DNA of 64,000 nucleotides, taken from the NCBI GenBank assembly GCA_951406725.2, contig OX597831.1, positions 48,422,001 to 48,486,000 on the forward strand, written 5' to 3'. Of this stretch, positions 39,017 through 53,585 are shown piece after piece. The DNA is from Octopus vulgaris. Lineage: Eukaryota. Both the position numbers and the translations under genes were made by a program. The notes beneath the pieces are model-generated. The model searched no databases and was not told the origin of the DNA. It worked only from the letters and a program-made list of their open reading frames with translations. Position 1 is the first letter of the stretch; every line of letters begins with the position of its first letter.

Positions 39017-42000
39017 GTACATACATACACATATATGTATATATATATATGTTTGTATGTAGAGAAAGAGAAAGGGAGACAGAGAGATAAATAGATAGAT
39101 ATATACATATGTATACCTATCTATCTATTTCTCTATCCACACACACACACACACACAAACACACACATGCACACATTACATCCACATGTGTGTATGTATA
39201 CACACACACAGGTGAAATAAACATCAGAGATACTTCAAGCAGAAACTGTAGGAGCTACTTACACATATGGTAAGCATCTCTTGATGGTAGCTAAATTGTT
39301 CATAGTGTTGGAAATTCTTGTTTCTTCAGCACTTATCTCGGGGTCATATGTATTTTGACCTTTAGCCTGTATTAGCCCAAATTGGGCGGTGAGGACTGAA
39401 TTAACTTTCGCCTGCAAAAGAGTTCTGTCTTTAGCTTCTTGAAGCCACAAACACCTTGAACCTGTTTGTATGTGTGTATGTAAATACACATACACGCATA
39501 TGGTCAAGTACTTACAAAAATTCTTAAATGCAATAATGTAAATATCCCACTTTATTTTTTAAAGATTTATTTTACTTCTTGGACAGAGAACTGCCTTTTG
39601 TATTCATACACGCCCAGCCCTGATCGGCTGGAGAATGCCATAGCATAACTATGCTATGACACAGCAACTAAAATAGCTTTCCTGACGTGCTACAATACCA
39701 AACACATAACCCAATGCAATGAAGCTTCCTCCATATTTTCTTGATCATCTGTGCCATTTGTTAAAATTAGGTGCCTTTATATTTTTTTTCTGCACTGATC
39801 CCATGTTGATGATACAAGAACATAAATTCGTATAAAAAGTATGTAGCTTTGCACCATTACTGTGTAAATACAAATGGTAGCTGAGCATTGTGAGTGGTCA
39901 CTGGGGCATTTTTATGATACAGGCAGTCTTTGACTGGTTGCTGACCCACGTTATCCCAAAATGATAAGCATGGCATGTTACACAATTGACCATATTGTGT
40001 TATCTCAGATCAATGATGAATGGAATGGTGATAAGCAAGGCTACATCTACCATGTTTACCCAGGAACCACAACTTTCTCTGTTCAGCCTGACTAAAAACA
40101 AAAAAATGTTTAATGCTTTAACTCTTCCCAGCATGCAATATAACATATGGTTAGTCCACAGGGTCAGTTTCTCAGTTTCTATGGTGTGTATACTTCTCCC
40201 TGGATGGGATGCTAGTCCCTCGCAGGATTACTCATTTTCATCAGCTGAGTGAACTGAAGCAACTCGAAATGAAGTGTTTTGCTCAAGAATATAATGCATC
40301 ACCCAGTTCAGGAATGGAAACCACAATCTTACGATCATACCACATATAGCACATACTGATATTTTATGTCATAAAATGTGTAGCAATTCTTTCACTACAA
40401 CAGGCAACATTTTACAAAAAACAAAAAACTAACAAAAAAAAAATAAGGCTGCCACTAAACTTTGTCTTCATTTACATTCTCTTTTGGCCCACATGATATT
40501 AAAAAAAACTCATTTCCAATGCAGCTCATCTTCAAGAAGGTGCCAACCCTTAGTGTAAATCATTACATTGGATATTATATTTTCTCAACAATCTCCACAG
40601 CCAGTATTTATACAATAATATATTATTAATGTTAATCCTAGAAAACATTTGATTCTTAGTGACGCCAGTGCTGGCTACATATGCTAAATCTTTGTAATGA
40701 AAGCACACAGTCATTTTTATTGTCTTCACTAGTTGGCTCAGTTCAATTGCTTGCTTATAACGATTGCAGTTGGCACCATTCCTAAACTGCATTAATTAAT
40801 GGTACCTATTTTTAATCACTTTTGTAGTTTGTATTGTAGAAAATAATAAAATATTCCAAGAATCCTTTGAATTCTTTTATAAATAATCTTCTTAAAACAT
40901 CCTGTAAATATTTGAAAACTGTCCAATATTTGTTAAGCTGATATAAAGTGGTGATGGTGGTGGTGATGGTGATGGTGGTGATGATGGTGGTGGTGATGGT
41001 GGTAGGTGGTTGTAATAGTGATAGTGTTGGTGGTGTTGGTGGTGTTGGTAGTATTGGTGGTGGTGTTGGTGGTCATGGTGGAGTTAGTAGTGTTGTAGTA
41101 ATGACATAGATAATGATCTTACTGATGATGGTAGAGGTTGTTGTTACAGTGGTGGTAGTTGTCATCATATATATGTTGATGTGATGATTGCAATTCTCAT
41201 ATGGACAACAACGACAACGATGATGATGACGATGATGATGGTCAAAATGATGGGTATTGGTCAGGGTGGCAGTGTGACAGTGGTGGTGGCAGTGGTAACA
41301 GCAACAACAGTAGTGGTAGCGGTGGTGATGATAATAGTAACAGTTGAAGTCTCAGTTAAGCAGAAGCAATGGTCAAAGAATTTATTTGAAAATTTCCCGT
41401 GGTTACAAACTTCCATCTGACCACTCAAAATATAGCTATAAACACAAGATGTATCTGATACACACTGTCATATATAAACAATTATAGAACTATGATGGTG
41501 ATGAGGATGGTGACGATGGTGATGACAGCATTGTTTAAGTTGGAAATGATGGTCAGAGGGTTAGTTTGAAGACTATCCCACTGCTCAGCTGCAAAGTTCA
41601 GCTAAGGGATCAACAAAACTATAATATGGTAAAATGATTGTTGCATGGAAGCAAAAATAAGTGTGAAAACGGAATAAATTTATTACTAACAGAAAAAAAA
41701 GGGTACCTCGGAATATTTCTTACCATTTTTGTTTTTCTTGCATTCTGGGAACATTAATTACTCATAAAGTTGCAGATCTGAATATGCAGTGCTATAATAA
41801 AAATGAAAAATATCAAATGTCTTGAGTAACTAGGAAAAACAAACTGCTGTCAGCTTAAATCATTAGAAAAAGAGGAAAAAAATATGGAACTGTAAATACC
41901 AAAACAGAAAAAGCAGCAAGAAAATTCTATCCTATACAGAAGTATGCCTAATACCATTCCTTTTCCTGCTCCCTATTTAGTAACAAATGCTCATTAAAAA

Positions 42001-42474
42001 CATGCTGCTAAGTTAAGGTGAATGTTTCTACAAGATCACTTGGTATGCTAAAAATAGCAGTCAAATTTCCTTCATATTTTAATATCAGTCTGAATGTAAA
42101 AGAAGGATACATTGGATAATATAGTCCTATATTACCCACCTGCCACTGAAAAAGAGGCAATGTTAGGTCACAAATGGAAAGCATTTGAAGACAGGATAAC
42201 TTTATTAATGTTGACTTGGAACCAAACAACATGTGGTATACTATAACAGTTTTTCCAGTTGATATATATATATATATATATGTGCAGGAGTGGCTGTGTG
42301 GTAAATAGCAATAGGCACAGAAGTGGCTGTGCGGTAAGTAGCTTGCTTACCAACTACATGGTTCTGGGTTCAGTCCCACTGCATGGCACCTTGGACAAGC
42401 GTCTTCTACTATAGCCTCGAGCTGACCAAAGCCTTGTGAGTAGATTTGGTTGACGGAAACTGAAAGAAGCCCAT

Positions 42475-42553
<79 letters not shown>

Positions 42554-42940
42554 GTTCAACATCGCTTGACAACCAATGCTGGTGTGTTTACGTCCTTGTA
42601 ATTTAGTGGTTTGGCAAAAGAGATCGATAGAAAAAGTACTAGGCTTACAAAGAATAAGTCCTGGGGTTGATTTGCTGCCTTCTTGTATATGAGCAAAGCC
42701 ATTGCAGAAAGAATCATAGAAATGAGTCACTGATGATGCAATGTGAGGCCCTTGTAAGGATTCTTGAGCCCGGTCAAAGATTTGCACATTCTACTGCATA
42801 ATGCACAGGGAACAGATACCAAATTATGAAGTCTTTTAACATGTCTCTTCAATCTTCCAATTGAAAGGCACCCCTTTCCACAGGTTGCAACTATTCTGTT
42901 GTGAGCAATAGCTATATCACAATTTACCATATATACATAC

Positions 42941-42980
<40 letters not shown>

Positions 42981-43000
42981 CTGATTTGAAAATCGGAAAT

Positions 43001-43043
43001 CCACCTGAAGATTGTCATTGAAGACATGAAACAATTGTAGTGG
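43001..43043 (+). ncRNA. Minimal type I hammerhead ribozyme
   Basis: CCAC-CUGAAGA-U-UGUC(AUUGAA)GACA-U-GAA-AC(AAUU)GU-A-GUGG. Palindromic ACAAUUGU; GUA triplet; in a ~240-bp island (42977-43215) inside (TA)n. Confidence 0.8.
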
Positions 43044-43220
43044 CGTTTTTTTTTACTTTTTATTAAAATCTTATGTATTGATTAAGTCTTTCCTTGTTTG
43101 TTTTGCAAAATAGTGGTTTTGTCTCTAATTAATATTATATAATATTTTACTATAAAATTGGATTTAATCCTAAATCTGATTTTTTTCCCTGTAAATTTGG
43201 ATTTATTCCCTAATATTTAT

Positions 43221-43270
<50 letters not shown>

Positions 43271-43322
43271 ATGTATGTATATATATATGTGTGTGTGTAT
43301 ATATATATGTATATATATGTAT

Positions 43323-43375
<53 letters not shown>

Positions 43376-44215
43376 AGAGAGAGAGAGAGAGAGAGAGAAT
43401 GACAGAGTGAGAATTTCATGTTGAAGATGGATAACTATTTTACATTCCATTATCCCAATATGTTTTGGTGCATGACTTCATTGGAGCCATGCAAGTCTTG
43501 TACTTCTTTTCATTTTTTACATAGCACATATTAATCTAGATATATTTAGTATTCTTGCATGATATATTAATTTAATATTAAAATAACATATCTATGTAAG
43601 CATCAATTTCTTTTGTGAGACATTTGAGTCTATTTCAATTTCAGCAAGCTATTAATGTTTAAAGTTAAATTTGAGTCTAAGAACAACAGAAAATTCTTCA
43701 AATTTGAATCAGTCAATCACAAGGTTGTTTTGGTTTTTTTTTTTCTTTTATCAGTTTCATGGATGAAAATGTTTATTCACATTTGCGCAACATTCCGAAA
43801 TGATAGATATAACTCTAGGCAAATTTGTTTGCACTTTATATGTTACTAGGCATTGTCATGCATTTTTTTTTTTTTTGCTTGATTTATTTTTGTAATTTTT
43901 TTTTTCCTGCTCACTAAACAGAAATAGGTTTATAAAAGTTAATGTCTGGTTTTTTCCTTCAGCAAAATCGTGAAAACAATTATCAAATGACTTGATTTTT
44001 GCATTTACTATTTGAGACAGAGACATGGCTGTGTGGTTAAGAAGTTCAGCTATTACCTTTGCAACCACATGGTTTCAGGTTCACTTCCAATGCACAGCAT
44101 TTTTTGCAAGTGTATCCTTTTATTATAACTTCAGGTTGACCAATGCTTTGTAAGTGAAATTGATTGGCAAAATCTGTATGGAAGCCTGTAGTGTATATAT
44201 ATATATATATATATA

Positions 44216-44582
44216 TGAGCAAAACGCCCCCCCCCCCCATCTAATGGACGGTGCTGAGTTGTCAAACATTTAAACCAAATTTTCTCAAAACAACTTGTCC
44301 GACTGTCCCATAGGCCTCCCCTTTAAGAAACACTGATTTAACCTAAATCTGAGACACCAGCAAACGACGGATTTCGACTTTTGTACTTGCACAAACAAAT
44401 GCCCGTTCCCACGGCTTTATCGATCGCATTCTCACCTGGAATCGATTTTTGTAATTTTTTCAAGACTTATACACGCCCTGATACAGTTGGTATCTACATA
44501 TCAAATTTGAACGCACTCAGATGGAGAATGCCCGAGATCCTAGAAGACACACACACAGACAGAACGCATTTTATATAATAGA
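44216..44582 (-). mobile_element. Non-autonomous Helitron-like element (family A, internally shorter copy)
   Basis: Minus strand starts A|TCtattatataaaa; matches 24675-25150 but lacks ~100 bp internally; inserted in the microsatellite of a SINE. Confidence 0.65.
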
Positions 44583-46659
44583 TGTGTGTGTGTGTGGTTT
44601 GTTAATGGCTTTTGCTGCAAGACTTTGTTCAAGAGAACAACATTTGCATAGTAATTTTGTGTAAAAATATACATTTGAAATTATCAGACACCACTATTTT
44701 GATTTAATTTTATCCCCTTAGTGATAGACATGACATTGATGGTGTGGGGCTGCTTTGGAACATCTGTTCCTACATAGAAATCAGCAAAAAAATATTTGCT
44801 GATGTGTACTAAGGCTTGCTAAGCTGGAATTAAATATATGTAAACATAGGTGCAGGAGTGGCTATGTGGTAAGAAGCTTGCTTCCCAACCACATGGTTCT
44901 GGGTTCAGTCCCACTGCATGGCATCTTAGAAAAGTGTCTTCTGGTATAACGTCAGGCCAACCAAAGCCTTGTGAGTGGATCTGGTAACTGGAAACTGAAA
45001 GAAGCCCGTTATATATATCTATACATAAGCATGTGTTTTTGTATGTATTTGTGTCTATGTTTGTCCCCGCCACCTTCGCTTACCAGCTGATGTTGGTTTG
45101 TTTATGCCCCCATAACTTAGTGGTTCAAAAAAAGAGACTGATAGAATAAGTATTAGGTTTACAAAGAATAAGTCCTGGGGTCAATTTCTTCGACTAAAGG
45201 TGGTGCTCCAGCATGGCCACAGCCAAATGACTTAAACAAGTAAAAAAATAAAAGAATAGAAAAATACACAAAACAGCAAGGATCAGAATAAGGTCACACA
45301 TAATAAAAATATTAACCAAAATATATGTTTATATATGAAGGCAGATGGCTTAGTGGTTAGGGAATTCAGTTCACACTTGTAAGGTCATGAGTTCAATTCC
45401 TGGCAACGAATTGTGTCTTTGAGCAAGACACTTTATTTTACATTGTTGCACCAGTCCATTCAGTTGGCAAAAATGAGTCATTCCTGTATTTCAAAGGGCC
45501 AGACTTGTCACACTCTGGATAACACTGAATCTCCCTTATAACTACATTAAGGGTACACATGTCTGTGGAGTGCTCACCCACTTGCATGTTAATTTCACAC
45601 GCACGCTGTTCTGTTGATTGGAGCAACTGGAACCCTTGTCATTATGATTGATAGAGTGCCAGTTTATTTATATATACATGTGTGTGTTAGTGTGTGTGTG
45701 TGTGTGTGTGTGTTAGTGTGTATGTATGTGTGTGTGTGTGCATGTATGAAAGTTATCATTTGCTCTTACATGAGTTCATCTGACCGAAAAAAAAAAAACA
45801 TGGTGTTCTCTTGTTTACATTCCTGGTGAACATTATACTCCATAGCTCTGTACTCTCAAAAAGGCAGAATAATCTCCTTAATTAACTTCCTTAATTGCAA
45901 AGTAGGAATGAAATAGGAAAGAGATGATGACAATAAAAGCATTCAACTGTAAATGCACTGCCTCAAACAAACACCCATCCAAGCTATAACAGCAGAGGAA
46001 AAAGAAAAACAGATGAAGAATGAACAAATGAATGGAAGGAATTTTGCAAAATTGCCATTATCTTCAGTACATTTACTTTGCATCTTTAAGTACAGAAACT
46101 AGTTCAAATCCTTATTTTCCATTTCCAGCTGAAAGATGACTTCTTTCAATTTCATCTTCAATGCATTAATATCGTTTACTAATGTAGGAAACAATTTGTT
46201 CTTGTCTTGTAGCTTCAAATTTAAATCACTACGATGACTGCTTACAGCAACTAAAATTACTAAATCATGTTGTCATTTGCTCTGATAAAAGTGAGCTCTT
46301 TTTTTTTTTTTTTTTTGGCAGCTCAATTTTTTTTCTCTTCTCATAAAATTACAAATAGTATTTTTTAATTTTTTTAATTTTTTTTTAAAACCTTTGCTTT
46401 ACAATACCCTGCTAGGTGACACTGGAAGGCAATGTTGCATATTCTGTGTGTAATATTTCATAATGCTCTCTGAATTCTCATCTACATAATGTTCTTCCTT
46501 CAATTTTATTCACAAATTTCACCAAACACTTGGTTCTGGGTTCAGTCCCACTTTTGGCACCTTGGGCAAGTGTCTTTTATTATAGCCTCAGGCTGACCAA
46601 AGCCTTGTGAGTGGATTTGGTAAATGGAAACTGAAAGAAGCCTGTCATATATATGTATA

Positions 46660-46741
<82 letters not shown>

Positions 46742-47019
46742 CATGTGTATATATTTATGTGTCTGTGTTTGTCCCCCACAACATCGCTTGACAACCAATG
46801 CTGGTGTGTTTACGTCCCCGTAACTTAGCAGTTTGGCAAAAGAGACCAATAGAATAAGTACTAGACTTACAAAGAATAAGTCCTCGCGTAGATTTGCTCA
46901 ACTAAAGGCGGTGCTCCAGCATGTCCACAGTCAAATGACTGAAACAAGTAAAAGAGTAAAAAGAGTAATCACTAATAAAGTATGCTGCATTTTAAAGTTG
47001 TTTCTCCCCCCCCCCCCCA

Positions 47020-47520
47020 TAAATGATTGTTGGTGTATAATGTTATATTTTAGTTGACAGATTTAAAACCTTTTCAAGCAAAGTTGAAGTTCCGACAGAT
47101 TTACAGATCAGCAAAGAAGCTCCAAGAATATAAATACTGATGATTGTACTAAAATTTTCTTGCAGATTTTCCAAGCATGACTTTGTCAAATAAGTCTGGT
47201 GTTCTTGTTTAACTAAAGACTGATAAATTCTTTGAAACCATTAAAAGTATTGGTAGTTCTTCTAACAAAAATGCTTAATTGAGATCTATCACATATGTCG
47301 ATAGATTTGTCCAAAGCTAGAGAAAATTGTGTACAAGCATGGAAGATGGCTTTTCAGTTGCTTAGAAACATCATAAAAGAGTTCTTCAGTATTTCCCATA
47401 ATTGTTTGCTTTTAACAGATCAGTTTTGTTTGCTTTGCTCTTGATATTCTTATCACAAAGACAGCTTGCAAATATGGAGAGACTAAACTTGACAACAATT
47501 ATTTCCACATCAAGGGTACA
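47020..47520 (-). pseudogene. Second, more decayed hAT transposase fragment
   Basis: Minus strand 'QFSLALDKSIDICDRSQLSIFVRRTTNTFNGFKEFISL' (cf. FSLALDESTD..AQL.IFVR), and downstream 'IIHQQSF' (CIIHQ motif). Confidence 0.7.
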
Positions 47521-47554
47521 TGCACCAACCCTGTATATGTATATAGATAGATAA

Positions 47555-47684
<130 letters not shown>

Positions 47685-48446
47685 GGATGGATGGATAGAT
47701 AGATAGATAGGCAGATAGATAGATACACGATAGTCTGCTTTCAGTTTCCATCTACCAAATTCATGGCATTGGTCAGCCCAGGGCTGTAGTAGAAAACACT
47801 TGCTCAAGGTACCACACAGAGAGACTGAACCCAAAACCATATGACTGCAAAGTGACACTTTTAACCACACAGCCATACCTGTGCCTAATGAAGAATTTAG
47901 TGAAATAATTTTGCCATTATCAATCTGTATTTGAAACATGTAAAAAATTAATATGAAATTCTGATGAACTGTTCCAATTTAGGTTTTAAAACAGGAAGTT
48001 GATTGCATAGGACCAGAGATATTTTTGGTTAAGTTGGTATCACAAGGGTAGGAAATTTTGTCCACTAACATACGGACTGAGTTTTGCAAACTCCATGACA
48101 GTGTAACTAATAATGGTCATCTTTTGAAAATACTGTCTTGCAGAAGATGATCTTTCTATTATCATCCCTTTAGTCGTCGTTTCTAACATTGTCAAGAAAT
48201 CTAAATATCAAATAAAGATTAGTAGTGTACTAATCTATTTGATATATGTGGGGTGGCGTGGGGAGGTTAAGTCCCACACATATGGGGAACACACTTTTTT
48301 CTATCAAAGGCTTATATGCCCCAATATTAGACTATTTTGTATAGCCAATATACGGTGATCGCTTATAAACTTTAAGCTTTTGAAAAATATTCTTATTATT
48401 ATTATTTACAGAATTATAAAATACACAGCAGCATTTATCATATCAG

Positions 48447-48509
<63 letters not shown>

Positions 48510-48686
48510 TATACATATATATATATATATACATATATAAACAATAAATTAAATAGAGAGATTCAAATGACAATCTAACAACTTATATTATAATATAACA
48601 TAATATGCTATGAATATAATATAAGAAAACATAAAAAATTATTAAAAAACCAAAACGGCCAACAATTTTTCCAAATGAACACACGC

Positions 48687-48888
48687 ACTATATATTCATT
48701 TTTCACTTCATCCTTATTATTATTCTTATTAGTGTCCTTTGTCTTAAATGGACTAAACAGGACAGGAGGAGACACGTGGGATGGAGAGTCACTGAAGAGG
48801 TCACAGGATATGTGATGAAACATTTTAAGACAAAGAACACGAAAATAGGAACAATAATAAAGATGAAGTGAAGAATGAGTTAATAGTA
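48687..48888 (+). mobile_element. Small fold-back element with hammerhead-like core
   Basis: Inverted arms ~48687-48750 vs 48821-48888; GTCA-CTGAAGA-G-GTCACA(GGATA)TGTGAT-GAAAC at 48788-48821; the stem III/I side is degenerate. Confidence 0.55.
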
Positions 48889-48891
48889 ATA

Positions 48892-49308
48892 TAGGCGCAG
48901 GAGTGGTTGTGTGGTAAGTAGCTTGCTTACCAACCACATTGTTCCGGGTTCAGTCCCACTGCGTGGCATCTTGGGCAAGTGTCTTCTGCTATAGCCCCGG
49001 GCCGACCAATGCCTTGTGAGTGGATTTGGTAGACGGAAACTGAAAGAAGCCTGTCGTATATATGTATATATATATATATGTGTGTGTGTGTGTATGTGTT
49101 TGTGTGTCTGGGTTTGTCCCCCTAGCATTGCTTGACAACCGATGCTGGTGTGTTTACGTCCCCATCACTTAGCGGTTCAGCAAAAGAGACTGATAGAATA
49201 GGTACTGGGCTTACAAAGAATAAGTCCCGGGGTCGATTTGCTCAACTAAAGGCAGTGTTCCAGCATGGCCGCAGTCAAATGACTGAAACAAGTAAAAGAG
49301 TAAAAGAG
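48892..49308 (+). mobile_element. Full-length major tRNA-derived SINE
   Basis: High similarity to 20488-20900 from head to GAGTAAAA tail. Confidence 0.85.
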
Positions 49309-51063
49309 TCCGTGTGTTTATTTAGCAAAAAAAAAATGACCGGCCCAAAATATAACAAGTTGGGAATATATTTTTTTATCAACTTTAGAGGGAGGAAAAG
49401 CAGAGTTAATTTCAGCAAGATTTGAACCCAGAACATAAAAATCCAGAAGAAATTGTATAAAAAGTTTGTCTCTAATTTAAGCACAAGGTCAACAGTTTTG
49501 AAGGGCAGAAGTTAGTTTACACCATCAACAAACAGTACTTGATTGATATTTTATTAAACCTAGAGGGATGAAAGGTAAAATTTAACTTTGTGGGATTTAA
49601 GATCAGAATGCAAAAATTTTGAAGAAACGCCACAAGGCATGTTTTTTCAAATGCTCTAATGATTCTGGCAATGTATTGTTCTTAAAGATTGCATAAAATA
49701 ATGACAGCATTTAGAGAGCTTGCTTCCTCTATGTCAATATTTTGACATTGAGAAAGTATATTTATCCCAAACTGAAGAGAGGAATTTTCTTACATTATAA
49801 AGTGTTTTATTAAGTAACTGCCGTGAGATTTTATGGAAATTTTACGATGAATAATGGAAGACTATCTTTATATAATAATAACCAATATAAGTGGTTTCTT
49901 CAGTCATGCTTTGCATCATATAGTGAGGAGCAGAGAAAGAGAGAGAGTAAAAGAGGGATACAGAGAGAGGTGAACGTAAGAGGGGCAGAATGAGGGCTTA
50001 TACTTCACTTGGTGGCAGACAATGAGTAAATGAATTCTACACACACACACACATTGAGAGAGAAAGAAGTATTGAGATAGGAGAGGAAGAAGAGAAGGAG
50101 TAAATGACCAAGTACTCATGGAAGGAGTTATACAAATGAGAAATTTATTTTATGTAATTTTCTTATAAGGTAACAAATAATTTTCTCTTGAAAATTAATA
50201 TTCATTTTACCATTTTGTATAAGCCCTACCAAAAATCTAATGAAACATTATCTTTTGCTCGTTTCCATTATTAGACTGCAGCCATGCTGGGGCACTGCCT
50301 TGAAGAATTTTTGTTGACTAAATCAACCCCAGTACTTCTTTTTTCTCTTTCCAAGTATCTGTACTTATTCTATCAGTCTCTTTTTGCCGAACTGCTAAGT
50401 TACAAGAACATAAAAAACATCACTATCAGTTGTTAAGCAACGGCAGGGAACAAACACACACACACACACACACATATTTACAACAGGCTTCTTTCAGTTT
50501 CTGTCTACCAAATTCACTCACAAGGGTTTGGTCAGCCCACAGCTATTGTAGAAGACACTTTCCCAAGGTGCCATGTAGTGGAACTAAACCATGTGCATTG
50601 CTTGACAACCGATGCTGGTGTGTTTATGTCCCCTGTTACTTAGCAGTTCGGCAAAAGAGACCAATAGAATAAGTACTGGGCTTACAAAAGAATAAGTCCC
50701 GGGGTCGAGTTGCTCGATTAAAGGCGGTGCTCCAGCATGGCCGCAGTCAAATGACTGAAACATGTGAAAGAGTGAAAGAGTAATATATATATACACACAC
50801 ACACATATATATGTGTGTGTGTGTGTATGTATGTATGTGTATATATATTATCTTTTATCTTTTAATTGTTTCTGTCATTAGACTGCAACCATATTTCCCT
50901 TTCCATGTATCAAACCCACTTACAACCCAAGTCTATAACAGAAGACACTTGCCCAAGGTGCCACACAGTGGAACTGAAGCCAGAACCATATGGTTGGGAA
51001 GCAAGCTTCTTACCATACACCCATGCCTATATATATATGTATATATATATATAGCTGTGTGTT

Positions 51064-51110
<47 letters not shown>

Positions 51111-51392
51111 GTGTGTGTGTGCCCTTTCCTTTATGTATATCAGCAAAAAACAAACATTACGATAAAAAAGAATCCTAAATAAAGGAATCCATAAAAACAA
51201 TGATTGAAGCCTCTCTGACTGTCAGAATTGCTGCATGCTAGTAATTGGCCCCTTGGAAACCTGCAACCAAATGACAATATTGTTGATAAATTGTGACATA
51301 AAATAAATATATAAACAAGAGAACTCAGCACTTGCTCATAGAAAAATACAGAGGAGTTATAATCACAATATAAGAGGAGAGCCGTCCCACCT

Positions 51393-51433
<41 letters not shown>

Positions 51434-51495
51434 TTATTTATCTATTTATTTATTTATTCATTCATTTATATATGTATATATATATGTGTGTGTAC

Positions 51496-51528
<33 letters not shown>

Positions 51529-53109
51529 CATGTGTGTGTGTGTGTAAATGTATACACACCCTCAGATATATATATGTATGAATGTATGTGTGTATGTGTA
51601 TGTATAAATGTGTATATATATGTGTGTGTGTGTGTGTGTGTATAAATACATACATATATAATTTATAAAAATATATAAAGCAAGTGTTTGACAAAAAGCT
51701 GTGAAGTGACAATTGCATTATTTGTGACTGCCCACATGTAGCTAAAGGTGTATTTATAAGCAGAAATGCCAGATATCTTTATGCATAGTGAATTCTTTCA
51801 GTATTGTGAAATTCCCCTGGAAAACATCAGAGAGACAAGCACATTCTACAGAAAGTTTTATGTGAAAATGGTAATGATTGTACTCTAGGACATACTGGCT
51901 CCCTTGACATGGAAACGTAGACAAACTGTCCAGATGTTGTTATCAGTTGAGAAAACAGCATCAGTCACAATTTTCTGAAAGAACTTGATATATTATTCAC
52001 ATATCTCTCCAAAGATATGGCTGTGTGGTTAGAAATTATGCTTTGTAAACCAAGTGTTTCTGGGTTCAAATCTGCTGCCCATAGTACGTGTCCCCTACTG
52101 TAGTCTCAAGCTGACTAGTTTATTGTGATGGAATTGTTTAACCTCAGGATACAATGAAAGACATAGGCAAAAGGCTGCTAAATTAATTCAGACAGAGAGA
52201 GCACAATGTAGTAGAGCATTTTAAAGGATCCTGACACAGATCTTGTTTTGGGCTGGGTGGGGGTTACTAAATGCACTTGTTCAAAAATATAAGGACACAG
52301 ATCATGTTGTATAGCCAGCTGGAGACAATGTTTCCTGGGGCTAAATTACTACAACATTTGTCCAAAATCATGACTGCCATGTTATGTTGGCAAATAATCC
52401 TTACTCCAGAGTACTATTGCTGAATATCCCTCTTTGAAAGATTTACAAATTGTAATTTTGTATCATCATTTAGTGTCTGCTTTCCATGCTGGCATGGGTT
52501 AGATGGTTGGACTGAAACTGGTATGCTAGAGCTCTGCACCAGGTTCCAGTTTGATTTGGCATGGCTTCTACAGTTGGATGTCCTTCCTAACACCAACCAC
52601 TCCAAGAGTGCAATGGGTGCTTCTCATGTGCCACTGGCTTGGCTGCCAGTTATGTGACACACAGGTATTGACCACAACTATCGCTTCACTTGGCTTGATG
52701 AGTCTTTTCAAGCATGACATACTGCCAAATTTCTCTCTCCCTCATTTATCACCTTCATAAGGCCCAATGACACCAGCAACAACCATGACTACGATTTCAC
52801 TTGGCTTGATGGATCTTCTCAAGTGTAGCATATCACCAATCACTTGTCATTACCTTCAAGAGGTCCAACATTCGAAGAACATATTTCACAACCTTGTCCC
52901 ATGTAACATTAAAAAAACTCAATCCTTTATCTTTTTATTATTTTGCTGTTACACAGTACGGACGCTGTAATAAGCTTAATTATTACTACAACCCATGGTC
53001 TAAGATAGAAACATTTATTTGTTCCTTCTCCTGTCAAATTCCTCACATTCTTTATTAAAACCCTTTTGAGTTTAATTTTGCTTTCATCCCTCCAGAGTTG
53101 ATGAAATTT

Positions 53110-53153
<44 letters not shown>

Positions 53154-53312
53154 TTTTTACCAATTATATACTTTTTATTTATTATTTTGTACTTTACTTA
53201 ATTATTGGTATATGTTTTTATCGCATATTTAATTTTTTTTCCATATGGTATAATGAAATTATATCATTGTTATTTCATTGTTGAATTGATAAAAGGTGGT
53301 TTTCTTCTAATT

Positions 53313-53360
<48 letters not shown>

Positions 53361-53554
53361 CATGTATGTATATATAGACATATAATGTATTTATATGCAT
53401 ATATGTGTATATATACATACACACATGTATGTATGTATGTATGTATGTATGTGTGTGTGTATGTATGAATGCATGTATGTAATATATATATATACATACA
53501 TATGTATACATACACACATACATACACACATACATACATACATACATACACACA

Positions 53555-53585
<31 letters not shown>

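Noticed and set aside
42724-42810. CTGATGA followed by a long imperfect hairpin
   Set aside because: No GAAA or cleavage-site helix downstream.
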